Positions 1-9,135 of a stretch of DNA of 64,000 nucleotides are shown in pieces. The stretch comes from Heterodontus francisci (taxonomy: Eukaryota): the NCBI RefSeq assembly GCF_036365525.1, contig NC_090416.1, positions 16,650,945 to 16,714,944 on the forward strand, in the 5' to 3' direction. The notes beneath the pieces are model-generated. The model saw nothing but the letters and a program-made list of their open reading frames with translations. It was not told where the DNA came from and did no database searches. The position numbers and the translations under genes are program-made. Every line of letters starts with the position of its first letter. The stretch's first letter is position 1.

Positions 1-630
1 CTAGTTCTGCTCTCGCCCGCAAGTGGAAACGTCTCGCCATATCGAGTCCTTTCATAACCTTAAAGGCCTCCATCAGGTCCTACCCCCCCCCCCCCCCCCC
101 CCCCCCCCCAGCCCCTCTCAGTCATCCCTTTTCAACCTATCCTGGTACCCTATCTCAGTACTGGTACCATCCCAGCACATCTTTTCTTGCACCTTCTCCA
201 GTGTCATTTTATAATATGGAGACAGGAACAGTGCACAGTAATTCCAAGTGTGGTCTAACTGAGGTTCCCTACAAGTTTGACTTAATGTATCTGCTTCTCA
301 ATTCTATCCCTCGAGAAATTAACCCCGGTGTTTGGATTGCTTTTTATATGGCCTTATTCAGCAGCATTGCTGCAGTTACTCTATAACCCTCGATCCACAA
401 CCCTATTTAGACTCTTTCTTCCCCACCTCCCCCTCCCTCCAGGACTAGGTGACCTCATTCATCCTCCCAAAAAGTAGCACCTCACACTTATCCATACTGA
501 CCTTCATTTGCCAATTACACACCCATTCTGCATGTCACTTCATGTCCTGTCATTTGTGATGGACCTAATATTAACTGCAGCCTCCCCCAATTTGGAGTCA
601 TCAGCAAACTCTCAAATTGTACCTGGTGCT
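1..630 (-). mobile_element. Highly degenerate CR1 RT fragment, minus strand; recurs near 15500-16190, 31660-32260, 49440-50150
   Basis: The reverse complement contains AGACCACACTTGGAATTACTGTGCAC (RPHLEYC-like) and TTTGCTGATGACTCCAAATTGGG (FADDSKLG). Confidence 0.7.
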
Positions 631-699
631 AGTCTGTCCCGTGCCATCCCATCTCTCGGACCGGGATAGTGAGCAATTCTCCCTGGGAGGGACGGTATT

Positions 700-1270
700 T
701 TATTCCAAACAGAGGCTTTTCCTGTAAATCACATACAATGATGGTCTAGTATGGGAGAAACTACACTTTAGGATGGGAGGGTTGTTGAGAGGGTGCAGAG
801 GAGGTTTACCGGAATGGTTCCAGGGATGGGGGAATTCTAGTTATAAGGTCAGCCTGGAGAAGCTGGGCTTGTTTTCCTTGGAGCGAAGGAGATTGCAGGG
901 AGATTTAATAGAGGTGGACAAGATTATGACAGATCTGGATAGAGTAGACAAGGAAAAACAGTTCCCATTAACTGATGGTACAAGGGATAGGGGACACAGA
1001 TTGAAAGTTTTGGGCAAGGGATACAAGGGGGGGGGGGATGTGAGGAAGAATTTATTTATTTTTAAATGCAGTGAGTGACAATGACCTGGAACTCACTGCC
1101 TACCAGAGTGGTGGAAGCAGGAGACAATGATTTCAGTAAGAAACTTGGGTGGGGGGGGGGGGGGGGGGACACTTAAATTCGCAGGGTGCCCCGGGGGGAT
1201 TGGGACATACTGGATTGCACCACGGGGAGCTGTCATGGATCCGAGGGGCCGAATAACCTCCTTCTGCGCC
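700..1270 (+). mobile_element. Degenerate CR1 3' fragment just beyond the 3' end of each IgL gene
   Basis: LEKLGLFSLERRRLQGDLIEV motif. Confidence 0.85.
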
Positions 1271-1458
1271 AGAAATAAAATCGAAGACGTTTAAAATAGT
1301 TAACTCTGCTTGAATATTTTTTATTAAATCTGCCCAAAAGAAAAATCCTCAAATCGCCAATATTCGTACAGTTAACCACTGACTTGCACCAATATCCACC
1401 TCAACTCACCCCCAAACCCCCACAAAAAAATAACAGAGCAATTTGAATTCATGTCATC

Positions 1459-1464
1459 TTTATT
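1459..1464 (-). terminator. Putative polyadenylation signal AATAAA of IgL cluster 1 (equivalents at 17029-17034, 33121-33126, 51008-51013)
   Basis: AATAAA about 330 nt after the C stop, followed by a GT/T-rich tract on the minus strand. Confidence 0.7.
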
Positions 1465-1793
1465 AAAACAGCCACACACACAGAGATACACTTTTCAATT
1501 CTAACAAATGGTACTACTGAGAGAAAGGAGAGAGGGAGTAGAACCCATCCAGCTCCAAATGGGAATGTACTCCCGGGATAGGTGTTCCTGATATTCACTG
1601 TCACCCACCTGCGCCCCCCAGTTAAAATTGGATCCAAAATTGGATCGTTAAACTGCGATTGAAGTGACTGTTTCAACATCGTTGGCCACATTTGCTACAG
1701 TGATTACATTGTAAAACAACAACAACAACATTCCACATATTGAATAATATTTCATCAGCAATAAATCAAACTCTAAGCCCCAGTTGCCCCCTC

Positions 1794-2122
1794 TCAGTCG
1801 GAACAAGCGGTGGAGCTGATGGTTTTGAGGAGAGGTGAGCTCAGAGAGCCGTGGTCCACACTGCAGGTATAGCTGGAGCCCTTATTCCAGGCAGTGGCGG
1901 GGACTCTCAGGTAACTGCTCAGGCTGTAGCTTTGATCACTGTCCGTGGACACGGTGCCTGTGGTCACCCCGCTGTCTGTCTCTTTATCATCCACTCTCCA
2001 GAGAACCCGCACGAAACCCGGCTTAAAGCGGCTCACCAGGCAGGACAGAGTAGCCCATCCGGAGTCTATTTCTTCCGAGGAAGGAGGGAGCAGGAGAACT
2101 GATGGTTTCCGATCCTCACTAC
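1794..2122 (-). CDS. Ig light chain constant exon, cluster 1 (shark type I/NS5, sigma-cart-like)
   Basis: Acceptor cacacag|GT at 2122 (phase 1). Translates (S)SEDRKPSVLLLPPSSEEIDSGWATLSCLV...VLW...YSLSSYL...W...YTCSVDH...TACSD*, a C1-set domain with a near-terminal inter-chain Cys. TGA at 1794-1796. Confidence 0.97.
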
Positions 2123-3124
2123 CTGTGTGTGAGAGACAGGGTGGAAGAAAGGAATCTCACTGTTAGTATCAATCATTTTTTCTAAAAGGCACATCCAGAA
2201 TTAGTAACACATACTATAATTTAAAACAAACATTTAACTTGACTTCAGACTTAGGTAGAGACAGTAAATAATATAATAGCCTGAGTGTTTCCAGCACTCG
2301 ATTTCAGATTTCCAGCATCTGCAGGATTTTGCTTTGATTGGATTAAAATTAAATATTTAGTCCAATCTTAACTCCCTGTCAATTGAGAGCTGGACTTGTA
2401 CATGGATTCGAGACATTCAGATAAATTAATTAACTGAATATTAAATACAACAGACAATATCGAATTGTTTAAAATTCAGGGGCAGATTAAAATCAAAAGT
2501 TTAAAAATTGAGGAAGTTTCACATTTCGGATAGGCTGTACTGGAGGTCTTATGGAGGTGCTCGGAGTATGTATTGGGAGTAACTCAACCTCCCAGATCCA
2601 CACTCAGAGTTCGGTGATCACCTCACCAGGAAAAATTCTTTATTTATAAAAAAAGAGTTTTAAAAGTAATAAAGTTCGGGGCGGTTTCCATTTAGAAAGT
2701 AGGTTAGACACTTCACATGAAGGAATGACAGTCGGAAGGAGGGGGCTGGGAAGGGAGACGGGGGGTCGGGGCTAGTGGGACCGGGTGCGTTAGGAACAGA
2801 CAAGATGGGGGTGCGCAGAATGAGGCCATTCGGTCCATCGAGTCCGTGCCGCTGCCTAATCCACCTCCCAACTTTGGGAGTCTTTTTTTGAGGTGGGGGA
2901 GGGGGTGTTAGTGTCAAACTCGACCCCCTTTGAGTGTGAGTAAAATTCATGTTTGTAAATCTTCCAGCAACACCCGGGGCAGGCTCGCTATTTATACAAC
3001 AGTGCAGCGAATAGACGGAGAAGTCCACACCTGCACACTGCAGACCTGGCCGAACAGACTCCAGGGGCTGAATGGCCTTTCTCCCCTGTTCATTCTGCAT
3101 TTTTTTTTGCCAATGGAGTTTTTC

Positions 3125-3270
3125 CTCGGTTCTGAGGAAAGGTCAGAGACCCGAAACTGTTCACCGTTTCTCCCTCTCTCTCCGCAGAGGCTGCCCAGAC
3201 CTGCTGAGTATTTCCAGCATCTTCTGTTTTTTTATTTCAGATTTCCAGCATCCGCAATTGTTTTGCTGCT
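3125..3270 (+). mobile_element. Penelope-derived terminal-repeat fragment in the J-C intron
   Basis: CTGAnGA...GAAAC...GCTGCCCAGACCTGCTGAGTATTTCCAGCAT...TTCAGATTTCCAGCATC. A shorter copy lies at 2280-2335. The assignment is from recall. Confidence 0.55.
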
Positions 3271-3449
3271 ATTTTAGTGTTTATTTTTCTACCCTCCAGA
3301 ATCCAAATTCCCAGCACTGAATCAGTGGACAGAAAAATAAAAATCTGACCCAATTTTTTTTCACCGTTATCAGGGCAGATCCGATTCTGCAACAATAAAT
3401 GAATAAATAATTGAAACAATATGAATGATAGGATGAGGGAATTACTTAC

Positions 3450-3486
3450 TCCGTAAACTCAGGGCGGTCCCAGGTCCGAAGGTAAA
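3450..3486 (-). CDS. IgL J segment, cluster 1 (FTFGPGTALSLR)
   Basis: FGxG motif and donor A|GTAAGT. The phase matches the C exon. Preceded by an RSS. Confidence 0.96.
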
Positions 3487-3525
3487 CACAGTGCAGTGTT
3501 TTAATGGGACGGGTCACCTAAAACC
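3487..3525 (-). other. J recombination signal sequence, 23-bp spacer, cluster 1
   Basis: On the + strand: heptamer CACAGTG 3487-3493, 23 nt, nonamer CCTAAAACC 3517-3525 (7/9 match to ACAAAAACC). Confidence 0.92.
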
Positions 3526-3840
3526 CAGGCTGGGAAGAAAGAGGGGAAAATATTAATAATCTGTCCTTTATCACATTCCCTTTCACATTCTGCCTTTCAC
3601 AGGGGCCGGAATGCTGAGAGTCTGGAGAAAGATTTTCACAGATCAGTGAGGAAACCCTGAGAATATCAGTGTTTACCAACCCAGCTAATAGTCCAAATAT
3701 TGGGGAAAATCCAAATAAACCCATGGAAACCCAGTGAGATTTTCCACAAGTTACATAAGGAATATTTCTGAAGCTCATTACACAGTCTCAGGCAGGAATA
3801 TTTCAGTTGCTGTTGGAATTCTGAGTGGTTCTGTTGATAC

Positions 3841-3868
3841 AGTTTTTGTATTGCCCTGTCTCACTGTG
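3841..3868 (-). other. V recombination signal sequence, 12-bp spacer, cluster 1
   Basis: CACAGTG, 12 nt, ACAAAAACT on the minus strand. Confidence 0.96.
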
Positions 3869-4196
3869 TATGTAGCTGCTGAGTATTCCGCGGCAGCACA
3901 GTAATAGACGGCGGAGTCTCCCGGTTCCAAGCTGCCGATGGTCAGAATGTGACTGTTACTGGAGGTGTCTCTGGAAGGTTTAAAACGGTCCGTGAAGCCG
4001 GTGCCTCGATTGATGCTCCCATCTTTATAGTGCACTAACACCCACACCGGAGCCTCCCCGGGTCGCTGTCGGTACCAGCTCATGTAGTAACTGCCCACAT
4101 TGCCGTTCTGCATCGCACACTTTAACTCGGAGGTCTCACCGGCGGAGACTGGGTCTGAAATTGGGGTCTGATTGAGGACAGGAACCGCCAGGACAC
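3869..4196 (-). CDS. IgL V exon, cluster 1
   Basis: Acceptor ttgaag|GT. Translates VLAVPVLNQTP...LKC...WYRQRPG...DRF...DSAVYYCAAAEYSAAT with V-set Cys/Trp/Cys. Ends at the heptamer. Confidence 0.97.
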
Positions 4197-4359
4197 CTTC
4201 AACACAAAACACAAGAGAGAGAAAAAAACATTCAGTTTATTGGAGCAAAAAAAACACACTGATAAATAAACAGGCCGGGCTACCAAATCCCTTTGCTTCC
4301 TAATCTAATGGTTTACAAATGAATAATTGAGTAACGCTCTGTTAACATAAGTCTCTCAC

Positions 4360-4408
4360 CTGTTAAATGGAGTAGCAGGGTCCCCAGGAGATACATTACT
4401 GCAGCCAT
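4360..4408 (-). CDS. IgL leader exon, cluster 1 (MAAVMYLLGTLLLHLT-G)
   Basis: ATG at 4408, hydrophobic signal peptide, donor G|GTGAGA, phase 1 matching the V exon. Confidence 0.93.
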
Positions 4409-4513
4409 TCCCTCCGGGGGGGAAAAAAACCCGTGAAGAATTAGAGAGCAGGGTTTTACTGTAACTCCAGAAAGTGGATCCAGTTACAGTGCCGGACAAG
4501 GTGAGACCAGTAT

Positions 4514-4538
4514 CTATTATATGAACCTGTATGCAAAT
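4514..4538 (-). promoter_or_regulatory. IgL promoter: octamer ATTTGCAT (4531-4538) and TATA-like TATAAT, cluster 1
   Basis: Perfect octamer in light-chain orientation about 125 nt upstream of the ATG. Confidence 0.9.
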
Positions 4539-5899
4539 ACAGGGAGGGTTGAGAGGAGCAGGGGCGGCGGGGGGGCGGGGGGCGGGGGGTGGACCAGACC
4601 AGATTTTTTTTATTGAGCCTCTATTGGTCCCCAATTAAACATTTCCATGTATTTATTTCCACCGAGTTGAGGGTTAATTCACAATAATTTCTGATTTTAA
4701 CCCCCCCCCTTCTCATGTCAAGAGTGTGAGATTTAAAAGAACAACTGTAGAAATTGCACATTTTATCCCAGATGGGCAAAGACAAAAGCCCTTCAGAATC
4801 CAGTGCCTTGAATTCATCCAGAACAAGTTTAACCCAGCGATCGTTAAGGATTTGTTTTTTTTTTATATTTGGGTCTGCAATGTGTACTTAAACACATATC
4901 TTTATATCCAACACGCTGGTGTTTGCAACAAAGCAGTTCATTGGAAGGATTGGAATGGAAGAGATTGACTGGACTGCTTCTCTCAGCTGCTCTTTTTTCC
5001 TATCCGCCACTGTACAAGTGCACTGCTTGTCCTGGCGTTTGAGCCGAGTGTAGGGTCAAAACACTCGTTTCTCACTCAGGCCGACGTTCAGAAACAGCCA
5101 GAATCAACTCCAATATCCGTTTTAATTGGTAATGCAACGAGGAGTGAGATTCTGACCCGGCAAGCTGACTGCTCGGCTAGTTTCTGTGTTGTGTCCGGAT
5201 CCTGTGTTAAGTCCAGTTTCAATGAAATGTGTTTTCCTGCTGCAACAGTTCCTGCCCTGACTTTTTTTTGTTGCAACTAAACCACATGTATCGGAACCTC
5301 AGTCCCAGGAATACATTTGTTTTAACATTCCATTTCAGATGTTTTATGTCAATCACTCGATGCCAAGGGAAAACGTGCAACAAGTAGCTGGTGAGAGGAG
5401 TTAGTTTCTTTAAAATGAATATTTTCTATCTTTATTTTAAATTCACTTCATGGGATATGGGCATCACTTGGCCCTGCCCGCATTTATTGCCCATCCCTCA
5501 TTGCCGTTGAGAAGGTGGTGGTGGAGCCGCCTTCTTGAACTGCTGCAGTGCAGTGGTTTTTTACAACAGAACGTCCATTTCTGAGGGCAGTTAAGAGTCA
5601 ACCACATTGCCGTGGGTCTGGAGTCACATGTAGGCCAGACGAAGTGAGGACGGCAGATTTCCTTCCCTAAAAGGACATTTGTGAACCAGATGGTTTTTTG
5701 TTAATGAACATTCAATGGTAGTTTTATGGTCACCATTACTGAGACTAGGTTTCAATTCCAATTTTTAAAAATTAATTAGTTGAATTTAAATTCCATGGTG
5801 GGATTTGAACACGTGTCTCCAGAGCATTATCCTGGGCCTCTGGATTAGTAATATCTAGTGACATTATTACTACGCCACCTTGTGATGGATCAATATTAA

Positions 5900-6255
5900 T
5901 TCTAGAAATGTGATAGGATTTGAGCCAGTGAAAGGGGGAAGGTGGGAAGAAGAACAGCAGGGAAGGTCTGTGACAGGGGTGGAGGGCAGGAGAGATTAAA
6001 TGACAAAAAGGGTTTCAAGGTGCAAAGCCAAAGGGAGTGGTAATGAAAGATGTGTCTGGACGAGGTGTGAATGACAGGTACTGAACACAAGGTAAAGGAA
6101 ATAAGAGGTAAACAAGAGAGATAAAATAACAAATCAGCAAACAAAAAGGGAAACAAAAATGAGGGCAGGGGGGTTACAAACTAAAATTGTAGAATTCAGT
6201 GTTGAGTCCGGAAGGCTGTAGACTGCCCAGTCGAAAGATGAGGTGCTGTTCCTGG
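5900..6255 (-). mobile_element. Penelope-like element 3' fragment; recurs in all units
   Basis: The reverse complement of about 6190-6252 encodes EQHLIFRLGSLQPSGLNTEF, typical of the Penelope GIY-YIG C-terminus. Confidence 0.7.
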
Positions 6256-6519
6256 AGTTAGTCTCCTAATACTGACATGTTCAGTCAAGTCAGTGTCGAC
6301 TAGCTGCCTCCTAGACAGAGAATTTGACTCCTCCCCAATTAAAAATCCGTTTCTGATTGGTCTCCACAGCAGAAACAGACCCACCTCCCTCCCCTCCCAC
6401 CAGGCAGATTCTCTGGGTCATTTTCAACTAAACCTAACCTGCATTACTATAGAGACCTCAGGATGTCCTAAAGACAGACAAATAAACACCTGTTTTGAAG
6501 TCTGGTCATTGTAACATCA

Positions 6520-6682
6520 TAACCCAATGCACAATGGAAATAAATATTTGGAAATGATCAATCAGGGACAATTATATTTTTAATAAAGTGTTTTCCCCTG
6601 CTCCCCTTGACCCCCTCCCTGTATTTGCATATTGACTAATACATAGATACTTGTATTCTCCGGGTTCCCGGAGTTACAGTAA
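6520..6682 (+). promoter_or_regulatory. Inverted, diverged paralog of the IgL promoter with intact octamer (6623-6630), unit 1
   Basis: Colinear blocks shared with the reverse complement of about 4459-4680: TGGAAATAAATA..TGGAAATG, CCCCTGCTCC, CCCTCCCTGTATTTGCATA, ATAGATACT, GGAGTTACAGTAA. Confidence 0.75.
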
Positions 6683-6764
6683 TCTTGTTGAAGTGAAAGC
6701 ACAATTGCTAAATGTGTGAGAAGCTGAACTCAGCTTTGCTCGTGTAGTTGAATAGAGGGTGCAC

Positions 6765-6860
6765 ATATGTAGTTAAATGGAGTCATCCACGTATGTAGTT
6801 AAATGGAGTCATCCACGTATGTAGTTAAATGGAGTCATCCACGTATGTAGTTAAATGGAG
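6765..6860 (+). repeat. 26-bp tandem repeat GTATGTAGTTAAATGGAGTCATCCAC (copy number varies among units)
   Basis: About 3.7 copies here and in unit 2, about 2.7 in unit 3, about 1.7 in unit 4. Confidence 0.9.
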
Positions 6861-7117
6861 AGTGCCAGTGTGCAGTAAAATGGGGTTGTGCACATGTCTA
6901 ATGGAAAGCAGTTCAGCACCTCTAGGTTCATAGAATCTCTCACTTTGCACAGCAGATGTCACATGGCTGCAGCTTTGCCCAGGGAGCCTACCCGGTTCAC
7001 ACAGGATAGGCCAGGTGTTAAAGCAAGAGCATTTGGTGTTGCCTATTGAAGCTTGCACAATGGTTAAAGGAAAATACAATTAAAGTTCACAAGATGGGAA
7101 TCTTGTAAAGTGTCAGC

Positions 7118-7640
7118 CATGGCCTCGTGGGTTCAAGTCCCAATCCAGAGACTTGAGCACAAAAAACAGTCTCACATTCCCCGTGTAGTACTGAGGGAGC
7201 GCTGCACTGTCGGAGGTTCAGTACTAAGAGAGTGCGGCACTGTCGGAGGGTCAGTACTGAGGGAGTGCTGCACTGTCGGAGGATCAGTACTGAGGGAGTG
7301 CTGCACTGTCAGAGGGTCAATACTGAGAGAGTGCTGCACTGTCAGAGGGTCAGTACTGAGGGAGTGCTGCACTGTCTGAGGTGCTATCTTCACAAGTCCC
7401 CCTCAGGTGGACATTATCGATCCCATGACTCTATTTGAAGGAGAGCAGGTGCCCTGGACAATATATATTCCAACATTAACACCTAAAACTGTAACTGGTC
7501 ATTATCACATTGCTATTTGTGGGAGCTTGCTGTGTAAATGACTGTCAGATTTCCTGCATTTCAACAGTGACTACATTTCAAAACACACTTCAAAAGTACG
7601 TCATTAGATGTAAACCACTTTGGGGCAGCCTAGTGATCAG
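7118..7640 (+). mobile_element. DeuSINE (SacSINE1-like) with internal minisatellite; recurs in all units
   Basis: B box GGTTCAAGTCC, Deu-like core and tail (GGTCATTATCACATTGCT...GTAAA..CTTTGGG). The family assignment is from recall. Confidence 0.65.
7188..7376 (+). repeat. 33-bp minisatellite, about 6 copies
   Basis: Unit GTACTGAGGGAGTGCTGCACTGTCGGAGGGTCA. Confidence 0.95.
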
Positions 7641-7859
7641 ACCACTCTGTCTCTCCATCTGTCTATCTGTCTATGTATCTGACCACTCATCNNNNNNNNN
7701 NNNNNNNNNNNNNNNNNNNNNNNNNNNNNNNNNNNNNNNNNNNNNNNNNNNNNNNNNNNNNNNNNNNNNNNNNNNNNNNNNNNNNNNNNNNNNNNNNNNN
7801 NNNNNNNNNNNNNNNNNNNNNNNNNNNTAGTTCCAGACCGGTAAGTTTAAAAAACTTAC

Positions 7860-8032
7860 TTCGGGGATTCTCGCACCAGGCTCGGAGGGCGGAGTTAACC
7901 TCGGGAATTTTCGGAGCAAACTCGGAGATTCTCGGTCAGACTCGGAGGCCGGAATTAATCTCGGGGATTCTCGGACAGAGTCGGAGGGCGTGGTTAACCT
8001 CGGTGATTCTCGGACAGACTCGGAGGGCGGAG
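7860..8032 (+). repeat. About 39-bp GC-rich tandem repeat upstream of CR1 ORF1 (also 24243-24390, 40830-41140, 57390-57562)
   Basis: Unit ACTCGGAGGGCGGAGTTAACCTCGGGGATTCTCGGACAG. Confidence 0.88.
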
Positions 8033-8214
8033 TTTGTGTCGATGGGCCGAAGGGCCTGTTTCTGTGCTGTATCTCTAAATAAAAATAAAAATAAAAAAAT
8101 AAAATAATATTTATAGTCGAAATCCAGCACTAGGGGCCATATATTTAATTATAACAATTTAGTAAGGATTTAATAAGTATTTATTTTATATTAATTAACT
8201 AATTAGTGATAGAA

Positions 8215-9135
8215 ATGTCAGTTAAAGGGGTGAAGTGCTTCACCTGTGAGATGTGGGAAGTCCGTGACACTTCCAGTATTCCGGGCGACTCCGCCTGCAG
8301 GAAGTTTACCCAGTTGCAGCTCCTCACAGACCACATGGATCGGTTGGTGCGGCAACTGGATGCACTTAGGAGCATGCAGGTGGCAGAGAGCGTCATAGAC
8401 AGGAGTTTTAGAGAAGTGGTTACACCCAATGTGCAGGCAGATAGATGGGAGACCGCTAGAAGGGGCAGGCAGTCAGTGCAGGAATCCCCTGTGGCTATCC
8501 CCCCTCGCTACACCATTTTGGATACGGTTGGGGGGGATGGCCTAGCAGGGGAAAACAACAGCAGCAGCCAGAGCAGTGGCACCACAGCTATCACTGTTGT
8601 TCAGCAGGGAGGGACAAAGCGCAAAGAACAATAGTTATCGGGGACTCTATAGTCAGGGGCACAGATAGGCGCGAATGTGGACGTGAAAGAGACTCCAGGA
8701 TGGTATGTTGCCTCCCTGGTGCCAGGGACAAGGATGTCTCTGAATGGACAGGGGGCATTCTGAAGGGCGAGGATGCACAGCCAGAGGTTGTGGTACACAT
8801 CGGTACCAATGACAGAGGCAGGAAGAGTGATGAGGTCCTGCAGGGGGAGTTTAGGGAGTTAGGTAGAAAGTTAAAAAAACAGGACCTCTAGGGTTGTCAT
8901 CTCTGGATTAGTCCCTGTGCCACGTGCCAGTGAGGCTAGAAATAGGAAGATAGTGCAGCTAAACACGTGGCTGAGCAGCTGGTGTAGAAGGGAGGGTTTC
9001 AGATATCTGGACCATTGGGCTCTCTTCAGGGACAGATGGGACCTGTACAAGAAGGACGGGTTGCATCTAAACTGGAGGGGCACTAATATCCTGGCTGCAA
9101 AGTTTGCTAGCGTCACTCGGGAGGGTTTAAACTAG
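8215..9135 (+). pseudogene. CR1 ORF1 (zinc finger/leucine zipper and esterase), frameshifted
   Basis: Split over ORFs 8206-8634, 8700-8891 and 8917-9135. Ends REGLN*. Confidence 0.88.

Noticed and set aside
3526-3840. D segment or extra RSS between V and J (CACAGTC at 3781)
   Set aside because: No matching nonamer or paired RSS was found.
3450-4196. Germline-joined VJ, as known for some shark and skate light chains
   Set aside because: All four clusters retain both RSSs and an intervening sequence of about 382 nt.
3778-4212. ORF-track boundaries for V and C
   Set aside because: They run through introns and RSSs or start at internal codons. Exon limits were set from splice sites and heptamers instead.
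6683-7110. Leader or V exon downstream of the twin promoter
   Set aside because: No signal-peptide exon, V motifs or RSS are recognisable on the + strand.
7510-8107. ORFs spanning N runs and Leu/Ser/Ile-rich ORFs
   Set aside because: They are artefacts of gaps and (TCTA)n microsatellites.
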